From Cenococcum geophilum (taxonomy: Eukaryota): 64,000 nt of DNA. Positions 24,151 through 37,390 of this stretch are shown here, piece after piece. The stretch lies in assembly GCA_050273025.1 (NCBI GenBank), contig CP158635.1, positions 15,624,001 through 15,688,000 of the forward strand. The letters run 5' to 3'. The notes under the pieces are model-generated. The model had not been told where the DNA came from. It did not search any database and saw only the letters and a program-made list of their open reading frames with translations. A program made the position numbers and the translations under genes. Within the stretch, counting starts at the first letter, position 1, and every line of letters begins with the position of its first letter.

Positions 24151-27100
24151 GGTAGGTTAATTTATACGTAGATCTACCCTTACTAATTCCTTTAGCAGTA
24201 GTAACTACCCAAAAATTAGCGCCGTTCGAGGGAATTCGACTATCTTTACCCTTATAGAAGGAAGCGCTGACGTAGAGTATATCGCCCTATTGTTATCTAA
24301 AAAGCAACGCATTTCTTTAAACCCCACTATTAATATAAATATTTTAGACGCGTTACGTTATGATTTTTAATAATTAACGCCCCCTATTCTAATTCTATTC
24401 TCCCAATTTAATAATATAGTTATTACTTTCAGCCTTCTTCTTCTATCTATTATACGGACAATACAGCTAATATTTAACTATGTGACTACGCGTATTATTA
24501 TTAATTTATTATAGGAATCTTAGAGCAAGAGCGAATTAGTTAATTCTACCAATAGTAAGGTTAAGGATATTTATTGTATTCGTGCCTATATTTGAGATAT
24601 AAGGTAGGCTAAAAGTAGAACGCATAAAGGCGTCGCATAAAGGCGAATTAGTTAAGTCAAATTGCGGAAAAGCTTCGACTTCTATATCTAAGCTAAATTA
24701 GCTATCTTTTTAGAAAGGCGTAAAAAGAGCTAGCTGCGAAATAATGTCGTTCCTAGTAGGAAAGCCTAGGACTATATTTGAAATAACCTAATACTTAAGT
24801 TATTTAACAGAGATTAGAAAATTTTAAAAGGCACTAGAGATTCTGCCATTAGGATATTTAAGCATAACCTTAAGGTTAGCGCAATTCTTAAATTGTTCTG
24901 CTCCGTCTATAGTATTTAAATTTTATCTTTCCTCCCGACTATAGATGTAGAGCCCTAGCTTTGGTTTCTAAAAGTAAGCAATTACCTATAGTTAAAAGAT
25001 CTTACTAAAGCAATTGTGCTATTAGAGTAAGTCCTTAACTAATATCCATTTTAAGAAGCTAACTGGCTTAAAATATAATATAATAACAAAACGATAAGTA
25101 TAATTCTTCGTTAAGTAGCTTCTACTTCTCTAACCTAACCTTAAACGATTAGCTGAAATTAATGGCGATTTACTTAGTAGTAATATATTTTCAAATAAAA
25201 GTATATATCCTTTTACGGCGTAAGACGAGATTAGTAAATAAATTGCTACCTTAGCTATAGAGCAAGAACCACTTAATACTTTTTTTAGCTTTTTCCGTAG
25301 TAATTAAGGTAGTATTACTGTTCTATATAACTTAGGAGAAGCGTCTCTTCCAATTTATTCTACCCTCTTATAACATCACCACTATAGTTAGATGCTGCTT
25401 AGCGCTTTAGACTTCGGTATACCTAACGCGCCTTTAGTAAAACCTAAGAGCCTCCCTTACATTTAATAGCCCACTTTTATAGACCTAGGTATCCTTCCAA
25501 ACTACCTTATATTCGCGTCCTGTCTTAATTATCCTTTCCCCTATAATATTGTCAATCTCCTATTTATTGTTTAAGATTATTTTATTAATTTAGTTATATA
25601 TCACCCGGGAACCCTATAGGTAGGAATTTAGGTAGTATCGCTTTATCTAATTAGTGGCGGAGCTATTATACTTACCGTTATCTTTATTGTGCGGATTATA
25701 GGGGTTTAGATATAGACTAGTTAGTTTATTTATCTCACTCAGCCGGTATATACTCTTATTATCTAAGTCTTCTAGAGTAATTTTACCGCTTTAAACATCT
25801 AAAACGGCCTCGTTATTGTTAACCTAAGAAATATACATTCTAGATATTTTAGGGTAGGAGCTTTTTAGAAGATAATTCTAGACAATATTTCTTAATAAAG
25901 TGTTTAACGAAAAGTGGATAAAAAGAGGGTTAGAGGATATTTAGCGCTTATAAAGTTCTTATCTAGCTTTCTAATTCTAGAGCTAAGCTAGCTAATATAC
26001 ACAAATACAAAAAAAAAATATGCGAGTAGGGCGTCTAAAGATTAAAAGCCTAATCCTTAAGATAATTTTAGCATTCCCATATATATATCTCTAGCCATTA
26101 TTTTTAGAACTTAAGACTATATTTAATAAAAAATTTCTCCCTAAATTATAAAAATTAAAATGGCCCTTATACCCTAAACTTAACACTAAATATATATATA
26201 CTTCTCTTTTTTATTTTATGCGCGGTTATAGTAGTACACTATTAATCTCTAGGAGTAATTGCTAAGTAGGTAGATTACAGTTACTACAGAAATCTAGTCC
26301 TAATAAATTACAGTATTAATCAGTCTTTATTAATTGAAGTTGGGGCAGATATACCGGCAACTACGCCTAAAGGAGGCGAGCTTAAAGTAGACGTTAAGCT
26401 TAGCGTTAAGATTATCGCGACTATATCTCCTACTATAACTTCCTTATCGCTAATCCATACTATTTAAGTCGGTACTTAGGAAGATCTAATATTTTCCTTA
26501 AATTAAATATCTGTGCCTATTGGAGACATTATCTACTTTTAGTTTCTTAAACTAAACTATACTATATTATAATCCTCGCTTAAGAATCCGTACATACCTA
26601 ATAGGATTTTTAATATTAACTTTCTTTATTTTAACCCTAAAAACCGTATAGATAATATTATTTCCTTTTTTATCTAACATATAAGTCTATAATAGTTTTT
26701 CTGTAAATAAACGCTACTAGTTTTATATTACCACGCTAATATAGTCTTCGCTATTAACCCTAGGCCAAATATAGAAGAATTCCTTTATAATACTCGTCTG
26801 CTATAGTTTACCCTATAGACGAGCAGTATTATTAGACAGTTAACCACGAAACCGAATACTAGGAGTAGCCATTAGTAAGGAGGAATTACTAGCACTAGCC
26901 CAGTTAAGATAGCTAAAAGTTATTAAATACTAATATTATTTCCTATAAACCTAACTAACCTTAAAGGGAGTTATTGGATGGGAATAGGTAACGCTAGCAT
27001 CCCTAATAGTACTATCTTTTAACCTACCCTTTAGCCCTAGCCCTTAACTTAACTAGTAAATAGCGGGGGAATTTCTCTTCTACCTTTTACTAGTCTTTTT

Positions 27101-28779
27101 ATGTTATTAACTCTCGCTTTTATTTAGTAGTTTAGTGGGAATTTTATATTCTTATTTATATAGTCTAGTAAACAGAAGTCTTATTTATTTTCTTAGCCTA
27201 TTATATTATACTTTTCTAATAGCCTTGCAAATTTTATCTAAAGCGTTAATAATTTATAAGTTCGTTAATCTAATCTCCTAAACTCTCTTATAACCTCTTT
27301 CCAAGTTAACTTCCTTCTTACTCTTAAATTAAAAAGAAGAAAGTCCTGCCAATCTATTACACAATTCTAGAGTATTACGTATTTATAAGGGAATAGCATA
27401 GTCTAAGGCCGACAAGTTAGGTTCTCTAAATAGGGCTAATAAGCGTTTAACGGTTGACGAGACTTAAATAGTAGTTTAGAATAAAGATAAGTTTAAAAAG
27501 AGTTTAAAATATAACTAAGGTATAGAAGAGGATTATAGTATTTCTTTTTCTAAGTGGATCGAGAAGGCGAAGCTTAAAGAGATAGTGGGATAAGTAATAG
27601 AGGTAAAATTATTATAATTTTGGTAAAGTATAGATAGGAATTATATAACTTTTACTACTTTTAACTACAGTTTAAAACGTCTAACGTCTCAGAATAAAAA
27701 TAAACTTAGTTAACTCTATATATATATAATAATAAAAATAAAATATAGGGCATATATATACGTCCTTAAAAGACTTTAACTTAAAGAATTAATTAACTAC
27801 TTTACCTTAAAGATGTGCATTATTATAATATTTTTATTTAATCCAAATTATACTATCTAGAGGACTTTTAGGAAGATGCGTAATTAGATTTAAAAAATTA
27901 GAAGAGTAGATAACGCTACAGAATATTCTAAGCCACCACCTACCTATAGGTACTATTTTCTCCCCCTTTAACTTATATTATGGACTAATATATAACGGTA
28001 GCTATATAACCCTTAATGGGCTTAATAGTAGCGCATTAAGGCATATATCTAAAACTACTACTATTAATAGGGAAGGTAAAGAGGATACGCTAAATAGAGC
28101 TATACTAGAGGGAACTATACTAGAGGCGTTCTAGAGGGAGCTACGGCATAGGCTATACTAAGCCGCGTTAGATAAGGTTATATTAGAGGAGGCTAAGATT
28201 AGAACTTTAGTATAGAGCTAGGCTCTATATATTAATTTCTATAGGTTCTACCTTATCTTTCTAGTAATGTTAATAATTAAGTTAGGTTTAAAAAATAAAG
28301 CCAAAACTAATCTAAAATACAATTTTAAGGCTTAAACTAGTTATAAAATCGGTTAAACCAGATTAACTATAGTGTTTATTTACGTATTTTAGTGTACTTT
28401 TTGGCCTTAGTAAAGGCTAGCCCTATTTAGATTACAGCGCCCGTCCCTATAAGGTAGGTATTAGGAATATAAATAAGTTACCGTTATATATCGCCGCGGC
28501 ACTAGCGTAGCGAGGAGCCTTAAGCTCCTCGCCCTTTCTTAAGCAAGAGGAATATAGAATAATAATTATTATACTACCTACAACTTATAGATACGTAATA
28601 TTACCTTATATTACTAATAGTAGGGCTTAATAGGGGCTTATAATAAATATAATTCTAAAAAAAACCTATAAAAAAGTCTTTAGTATTTTATTTTTAAATA
28701 TAGATTTTGATTTTATATATAGGGATTTATTTTTAGATTAAAGAAGAAGTATATATACTTTCTTTATTCTTTTACTAAA

Positions 28780-30700
28780 ATATAACACTATAGAGATTGC
28801 TAAGATATATACTCTTGCCGCGGGCGGTATCCTTATAATATTCTATATTTTTAGGCTTCTATCTTTTCTCTCTCGTTTTAAATATCGATTAGTCTATATA
28901 TTTGTCCTTAACCATCTTATTTACCCGCGAATCTACTAAGGGTTATATTTTACTATACTACTCTCTAGGTACTAGGCCTTAATCCAAGCAATATACTGGT
29001 TAGGAACTATTATATGCAATATTCTTAGCGTATAATCTCTTTCTAATACTAGCTTAAGAGCTAGAATGCTTGCAATTATTAATTTTATACCTCTTTTTTT
29101 AGTAAGTCCCTTAGGCCTAGTAGCTAATATTATTAGTATATTATTACGGAGCTATACGCAGTTTTATGGCTTAATTGCTATTATAACTATAGTATAAAGC
29201 ATTTTCCACTTTTTAGTTATTTTAGCATAGCGGAATTTTTCTTTTAAAAATTCTAGCCATTTAACCGGATTTTTGGTTTATTATAATCTAAATATTTTAG
29301 AAAGTAACTAAGATATATTTAGGCTTTTGTCTTATTAACCCAGCTTATACTTTTCCCTTGCGTTTAAAGGTTCTGCTATAAAAATTTTCTAAAATCTTAC
29401 TATACTCTTACAGTCTTTATAGGGCTTGTAATATTATAATATATAAATCCCAGCACTGGCCTTAATCGAATCTATCCTATTACGGCACTTAGTCTCCTTA
29501 GAATAACGATAGTGCTTTATACCTTATGGATACTTTACCGTAATATCTGGTTTAGGAAATTAGGAGTAAATACGGTGTTATAGCACCTCTTAGATACCTT
29601 ATACCTTTTAATTACGCTTACCCGGCTATTAGACTTCCGCGCTAGCTAGTATATTTAACTTTAGACCCCTAGTATAAGCTTCTAATCGTTTACGTAAACA
29701 CACCTATTTATAATTATATGGTGGAACGAAGATAGGATAGAGATTAATCTTCTCCTAAAAGAACATAGCCGACGAGGATTTATCTATAAATTAGTTTATT
29801 AAAAAGAAAATAAGTTCCTAAGCTGGGTTAACGGACCTTATAGATCACCTCCTAGGCTAGGTAACTTTAGAACGGTAATTCTAATAGCTAAAGGTATTAG
29901 AATTGCGGTACAGCTACTATATATTAGGGAGGTTCTTATAGGCTACTAAGATCGCACAATCCTTATAAGAAAAATAGTCTTAATATAGCAATACTATAAT
30001 CCAAGTAAGTATATACTAAATTCTGCTAGAGATTATAAGCTATAATTTTTATTTTAGGCTATAAAGACTAGGTAGTATAAAGAATAAATAAACTAATTAA
30101 GTTAGATAGCACTTTTATAAGTAAACTTACTCTAATTAGGCTATTAGTAGTCTAATTAACTAGGTTTTTAAAATTCTTTATTTTAACTTAATAAAGAAGG
30201 ATAGCCCGGAGATTATTGGAAGAAAGTCATCTATTAAAATTAAAAGAGGCTTTGCGAATATTCCTAAATTACTAGCTAAGCAATTTAAGTATAAAAAGGT
30301 GGTTAAGAGATTTAAGAGTAGGGAGGGAAGAAAGCAAGTTAAAAATAAAAAGGTAGTTAAGAGATTTAAGAGTAAGGAGGGGAGAAAGTAAGTTAAAAAT
30401 AAAACTATACAATTAAAGGGTCGGAAAGGAAGAAGAATAATAATAGGTGTAAAAGTAACTCTTCTACTTATATCTTATTCTAATAAATATAGTCTCTAGG
30501 AATGCCGGCATTTAAAACAAAATATAAGACTTTATTCTAGCCTATAGGGCGTATAGTATTAAGCTAGTAAACCTTAAGTTTTAACTAGTAGAGATATATA
30601 AGCTAACGCCATTATAAGCTAATCTAGAGGAATCACGATTACAAGCTTAGAAGGGAATTTTTAGGTATTAAGATTATAAGCTAAAATATATAGAATAAAT
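28780..30700 (+). pseudogene. Ferric reductase / NADPH-oxidase-like transmembrane protein (FRE); Starship auxiliary gene
   Basis: IYTLAAGGI at ~28805. NFIPLFLVSPLGLVANIISI at ~29081. FRAS*YI*L*TP...THLFII (GQYI..W.P..HPF) at ~29635-29715. VNGPYR..TVILIAKGIRIAVQLLYI (DGPYG..GIGIA) at 29827-29925. Confidence 0.88.
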
Positions 30701-30849
30701 AGAGGAATTGGAACTATAGTAAAAGCTTTAGAGGATTAAGAGGAAATAAAATTATATTAGATTTACCCTTGCCGCCTACCCCACTTCTTAATAGCTTTAA
30801 TATATAACAATAATTCAGTCGGCTTCCGATATCCCTTAACTTTAGCATG

Positions 30850-31600
30850 CTCCTAAGCTCGCCTTTTAGAGATCTATATACTCCTTTAAGGAGGGGGTTG
30901 TTCTAGAACTATAGCAGTTATAGAAATACTTTATTAAATTATTACGGTAAGCGCAACGTGGTTCTTAAGAGCGGCATTCTTTTTTTGTCCACCCTTAGGC
31001 TTTTTATAAGTTTTGGTAACCCTTAAGCGGTCCGCTATCGCATAGGCTTCGCTAGCATGCGTATTAGGACTTTGTTAACGCATTTAAGTAACCCTTCGCT
31101 TAAGGCGATTGCGTATTTATTATTAAGAGATTACTATAGGTAGAGGGCTTACTTCTAGATTCTTCTATCGGTTAATAGCTATCGGTTTTAAGCCCTAGCT
31201 GTTATCCTAAATACCCTTTACTTTCCACTACTCTGCCACTTTCTCTATTGCCAATTTCTTAATATCTAAACCGGTTTTGCCAAGTCTCCCTTTAATATAG
31301 TTATTATAAAACTGTTCTTCCTTATTAAATTAGTCTTAATTAAATTATTAATTAGGGCGTACTTAATAGGTATTAACGGCGTATATAGGCTTAGGGCTAG
31401 GGCTGTAAGTTAGCTCTTCTAAGTAATATAGGGGTGGTAAATTATTAAGAAGATACCGTTTATGCTCCAGATCTTATAAATTAATCGCTTTAAGGGTGCG
31501 TTAAATTTAGGTAAAAAAATATAATATTCTGGCACTTCCTAGAGGTAAATAAGATATAGGTAAAGGGATAGAATAAAGGGATAAAAGTAGGTAAGATACG
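30850..31600 (-). pseudogene. Unknown gene with a W-x3-GIW-x3-W motif
   Basis: The minus strand reads KKLAIEKVAE*WKVKGI*DNS*G, de-RIP EQWKAEGIWDDSWG. It is divergent from the kinase gene. Confidence 0.4.
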
Positions 31601-31699
31601 GGATTTAGGTAAGATAGCGCAACCCTAAGTAGCGAATATAGGGTAGGGACCTAAAGCGCCAGAATATAGCTACGGCAGCGTACTATTACGCCCGCTATA

Positions 31700-33600
31700 C
31701 TAGAACCGAGAACAATAACATTATAGCTTCTTCTAAAACAAATAACCTTACGCCTTATATAACCTACTCTTTATCTAGCTTTCTTACTACCTTAGATATA
31801 CTTAGCGTGTAAGATTGTATAAGCTTTATTAGTATAGAGATAATAGTACTATGCCGCTTCTTAGGCAGTACGGCGGCCATTATTATAGTAAAATTAACGG
31901 CACTACACTTAAATCTAGAAAGCTGTTTATTATTAGTCCTATAATAAGCTTTTCTAAAAATAATAAATTCGCAATATCTATGCCCTTAACTATTATTACT
32001 ATTTATACTAAAGCTAATAAATATAAAAGCAGAATAAGTAGTTTAAGATTTACTTAATTATTATCTAGTATCCCAATTGCCAGATAATGCCCTAAAACTA
32101 GATATTAGCCTACTTCTTAACTTACGCTCTTTAAAATATCTTACTATTATTAGATATTTAGATTATAATATAACGGTTTAAGAACCCTAAATCTCTAGGC
32201 TTTAATGCGAGTTCTATATTCTTTAAAGTAAAGTTATTCTTCTTTAAGACTATAGCAGTCAATACACCACCTAGGTCTTAGGGGCGCGTCCTACCCCCTT
32301 TAAGGCCGGTCGCAAGCGCAAGGTTATTCTGCTCTCTACTAAAAATACTAAGATTAAAATAGGTGGCATAGCTTTAACACTAGTTTAGTTTAAGTTTCTC
32401 TAGCATAGAGACAATATCCTAAAAAAGTTAGAGACCTAGCTTAGCAACTTATTTAAAAGGGTAGAGGACCCTAGGCTTACGCGGATAATTAAAGAAGTGC
32501 TAACCGTTCTACTATCTTAACGGATAATAAGAATCTATACTCCCGTAAAGGCACTAGGGATATAATATAAAACCCTATAGGACATTAGCAGAGGCCAATT
32601 TAGGGCGATTTTCTGAGCTCTTAATATAGATTCTAGTACGTATATTATAAAAAAGTCAATTCTATTAGATAAAGCCGATTTAATTTATATTAAATAAGAG
32701 GTTAAGACTATTACACGTCTTACTTATATACGTTTAATCTCTTATAACATATAGTTATAATAATTTTTATCTATACTAACTTTTTCTATAGATGTATATT
32801 GTTAAATATATATAGCATAAGATAACTACTAGTGCGATTAACATATTCACTAAACTTATAGATAGTTTATTAGATAATCTCCGCGGCTTAAGCAATGCCC
32901 ACTATTATCCTATTACCTTTAACTATATCCTCTACGCTCTCGACTATCTAGATTAGAATTTATTTATCTATTAAGACGTTAAACCTACCAACATTCTCTA
33001 TAAGGCCACTATTAGTGGCCATTACTTCTAGCTAGGGGATTTTGGCATCTATAATAAGGTAGCATCTATAAAAACGTATTATAGTATAAGCCTTTATATA
33101 GCACCAGAGGTTTATACTAGGGGGAGGTAGTTAATAAAGGCTAACGTCTAGTTATTAGCAGTTACTATATTTAATATAAGAGATAAGTATAGGTTCTATT
33201 TAAGATTGGAGGCTCTTTATATAAGATTAGATCTTAGGGATCTATCCTAGTAGGCATCCCAATAGGACGTATTTAATATTATTAGAGCCATAGTAAATAA
33301 GACACTATTTAAAGACTTAAAAGCGATGGTCGCTTTTAGTCCCCTATAACGCCCCTTAGCAACTTAGTTACTCCTATAAGCCTAGGAGTAACTTTAGAAG
33401 GCTGCTAAAGTCTAGGAGCCACCTTAGAAGAAACTAATTAATACTAGTATTAAAGTAAAAACTAAGATACCTGCTAAACTAGATATAGCACAAGTCGTAT
33501 AATAAGGGAGAGTTGGCCTATCTTTATAGGGTATATTAAAAGGTAAGGTTTAAAAGGAAGACATTTTACTATATTTTAGTTAAGAGCCATTTACCCATTT
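31700..33600 (+). pseudogene. Ser/Thr protein kinase (catalytic core ~32570-33400)
   Basis: DISRGQFRAIF (GxGxFG) at 32581. ALDYLD*NLFIY*DVKPTNIL (HRDVKPxNIL) at ~32935-33000. F*LGDFG at ~33030. YIAPEV at ~33095. The 5' boundary is uncertain. Confidence 0.9.
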
Positions 33601-33699
33601 TATTTAAATAGTTTGCTTCTATATATACTTATCCCTTATACAGTAACTAAGAACTATTCTATATTATTCCAATCTCTAAACTATTAAGGAACGTAGTCT

Positions 33700-34760
33700 A
33701 CTCGCGAATAGCATCCCAATTCCCTCTTAATAGGTATATTTTCCAAAGCTAGCCTTTTAAAGTGTTAAGCGATAATTTTTAAGGAATTTTAGAAGAGTTT
33801 CCTTAGTAATAGTCACTTACTAAAGAGTAAAAGACTTAAGGTATAGAAAGCGGACCCTCTTAGCAATGCTTTTAAGAATTAGAGGACTAGCATTACTAAA
33901 AAATTTAAAGAAAAAGCCTAAGTTAAGGACTTAGATATTTTCCGCAGCTAATAGGAAGTTTATAGCTAATTATATATCCCTTAGCTTTACGCCTTTCGGC
34001 AGTAGCTAAGGATAGATATTATTAGTGCGGATTATAATTTAAAGAGTAGTAAGGGTTTAAAAAGCTAGTCTTAAACGCTTAAATTACTAACCTAAAATTA
34101 TATAAAGAGCCGTAAGGTTAACTCTATTATCTAAAGTATTAATATTAAATTTAAATAGATCTAGCTTAAACTCCAAGATCGGGATAGGGTAAGTAGTTAG
34201 TGCAGTTAAAACGGTTTTAAAGGTTTCAATAACATCTATATCCTATTTAGCGGTAGTCTGCTAATAAATAGTTGTAATACCTTAACTAGGAGTTCGATCT
34301 AATAACTTAAGCCTATAGATTTTAACTTAATATAGGTTTAAAAGGTTGCGCAATATAACTAAGAGAATTGCACTTCTAAATCCTAACCTCTTAGCGTATT
34401 CTTAGTCGTTATATAAAATAGTAAACTAACGCTAATCTTATGTCATTGGAGGGTTATTATATAATTCTTCGCTTAATGGCCAGACCTAGAGGTCCTAGTT
34501 TTACTTTAGCCATTTAGTTCCAAATCTAAGAGTCTATAGGCGTTTAGTAAAGGGTTCTTATAAAATTTCTAGTAAGGTTTTAAGAGCTAGTTAGGAAAGT
34601 ATAAAGCGTTTAGTTATAAAGAGACCACCAAAATAGTCAAAGTAGTAATACTTAACTTGTTGGCATATAAGTTGGAAAGCCACTACCGCTTCTATAGGTA
34701 GGAAACTAAGTATTTTTTTAAAAAGTTTAATAGGTAGATTAACAATTATAATAAAATAGT
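33700..34760 (-). pseudogene. F-box domain protein
   Basis: The minus strand reads IVNLPIKLFKKILSFLPIEAVVAFQLICQQV, de-RIP LPVELFEKILSFLP..L.CQQ. It is followed by KRFILS*LALKTLLEIL*EPFTKRL*TL, typical of fungal F-box proteins. Confidence 0.7.
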
Positions 34761-35801
34761 TATTGTTTCTTACATTATTATACTAGAAGTCCCTGCTATT
34801 AATATTATATTATAAAAACATCTTTAAAAAAATAATAAGTTAAAAATAGATAAGTTAAAAATAATAGTATAATGGAATACTAAAGCGGCTTAATAGACGC
34901 CGACTGCGATCGCCTAAAGCGCCGTCTAGTATACACCTTAGGAAAAACCCTAAACCGTGCTAAGTACCCTCCTACCTACTTATTTTGGTATAAACTTTAC
35001 TAAAGGCGGATATATTTAATCCTATAAAGGTTAGAACGCTTTAAAGAAGATATCTTATAACCTTTATAATTTGTTCTTTTATCGGTAGCTATAAAGGCCA
35101 CTTAGCAGATATATATATAAATAGTTTCCCTTTATAGCTAATAAGAATATAAATATCTACATTATCAAGGCATTATAGCTCCTCCGCTTTTTTAAATACC
35201 GTTTCCCTTCTTTTACAAATTAGTTTATAAAGTTATTTAGCCTTTACCTTTTAAATCTTCGTATCTAGGTTTAGGTATAGTATTAAGTCAATACTAGTCT
35301 GTAATTTATACTGCTTATAACGCCTAGTGCTCTTCTCGCTCTCTATATTAGAATCTAGGTATTCTATAAGGCATATAGTAACAGGATAGTAGTATAGTAA
35401 ATAATAAGACGTAAGAACTAGGGTAGGTAGAAAGCGGTATACAAAGCTTACTTTAATAAGGAAGGGGGACTTAATAGATAAGGGTAATTTTATAAAAGAT
35501 AGATATAAAGCATAGAGGCTAAGGTATTAAGGTATATAATTTATAGAAATAAAGATAATAAAAATAGAAGTCTAAAAAATATATATATAATAAAAGCTTA
35601 GCCGCGAAGTTTAATATAATAAACCTTAAAGACGTAACACTTAAAATATAAAACAACCCTAGTAGTACTGCATATAGAATTAGGGCATAAAATTTCAGAA
35701 TTAGGGGGTAATTAATCAAAGTGCCGCTTAATATAATCCATTATCTTTATAGGTCGACACTATACAAAATAGTAATTAGGGTCTAGTAAAGATTTATCTT
35801 A

Positions 35802-36053
35802 AAGCTGCCGTGCGTAAAGGACGGCAGTAATACTTTAAGATATCCTCATTCTTAGATTATAGTACTCTTTTTAGCTTAAAGGTCTATTTCTAGTTTAGCA
35901 TTCTTATCCTTAGCATATTTAGCAGGAGCATTTTATAATTACTAGTTTAATAGATTTAAATTCTTTATATGCTCTATACAATATATAGTAGTAAAACTCT
36001 AATTACTACCTTACGTAAGCTACATTCTCACTTAGCCTAGTTACGTTATACTA
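35802..36053 (+). repeat. 252-bp inverted repeat, left copy (candidate TIR)
   Basis: Aligns end to end with the reverse complement of 51525-51776, and the differences are almost all transitions. Confidence 0.93.
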
Positions 36054-36492
36054 CGTTTCTATATTTAAAGACTAAGGTAATTATATAACCGTATCTGGGT
36101 TTTAGAAATAATTAGATAAGTAATTAAATAGTGCCGTCTTCTTTTAGTAATATAATTTTATCCAATTTTTAGATTCTACCGTTTATTAGCTAAAAGCTCG
36201 GGATTAGTTATCGCTTTTATTATAGTATATTATTAGGCCCTCGCCAAGTTATACGTAAGAGGCTTAGTAGGGGCTATTACGTATAGGCCGAATTCTCGCT
36301 TAACTTCCCTCTATTCTCCCTACCTCAATTATATATTTTAGAGTTTTAGCGAATACCTTATCCGACTAAGGATAATTCTAAGTCTAGACCTTTATCTCTT
36401 ATATAAGCGCCCAAATTATAAAGTAAGGAGAATTAAAATCCCTCCCTATTTGTTTCTAACATATATATATATAGGTATTATAACCATTACAG

Positions 36493-37390
36493 ATGCCTCC
36501 AATAGACTATACTATTCGTTACTTATATAGTTTAAACAGCTAAGATATAATAGGCGTTAAAATTACGGCACTAGTTGCTTATCTTAATGCTATTATAAAG
36601 TTCGCCCGGCCTACTAAGCTGCCGTTTATTAAGAGGGAAAAGTGCATCTACTAACGCCTTAGACAATATTATAATAGTATCCTTCGATTTTATAGGAGCC
36701 TAGAGGATGCCCTTATCCTATAGTATGCCTATAATAGTTCTATAAGACAGTACTTTACAAAACAAGCTAAGCCGGTTCCGCTACTACTATAACTTCGCTA
36801 GATTTAACAGATTATAGCTTTAATCGCTTTTATCTACTCTAAATAGGTACTATATAGGGATATTTCTTATAATAACGTTTTCCTTAATAAAGAGCTTAAT
36901 GCGAAGCTTGGCAACTTTGCTAGGTCATTAATTAATAGTTAAGCCCCTCTTATCTATTATAAGACCAGTTATAAGCACCCTAAGATTAAAGGAATCTCTA
37001 TAAAAAGTAAAGTGTTTACTCTTAGCTCTACCTTTTATAAGATAATAATAGGATTAAAGCCATATAAGGAGCTTTTAAATCAAGAAATATATAATATATA
37101 TTAAGGGAAAGTTTCCAAACCTAGCCGCTCTAGCTGCGTTTAATGATATTATTATTAAGTACTAGGCCTAAGATTATATAAGTATAGATAAATTGCTAGA
37201 GGATATATAGGCTAAAGGTATAATTTTTAGTTAGTAAGGTATTTAGTACTAATAACTTCCAGTTACTATCGGGTTAAGACTTATCACGTAAATTAATATC
37301 TCTACTATTCTTTATTCTACTATACTCCTAATAGCCCTTACTCTTATTCCTCTACTCCCTATTATATTTTAGGTAAGAAATTGTAAATAA
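36493..37390 (+). pseudogene. Fungal protein kinase-like gene (HGDISCNN / DFAGS type)
   Basis: ATG at 36493. VLYRDISYNNVFLNKELNAKLGNFARSLIN gives de-RIP HGDISCNNVFLDKELNAKLGDFAGSSID. SKVFTLSSTFYKIIIGLKPY gives SEVFALGSTFYEIMTGSKPY. Confidence 0.9.

Noticed and set aside
35519..35719. 66-aa hydrophobic ORF (possible membrane peptide)
   Set aside because: The Leu/Tyr/Ile/Phe bias is expected from RIP-generated AT-rich DNA, it has a non-ATG start, and there is no supporting motif.
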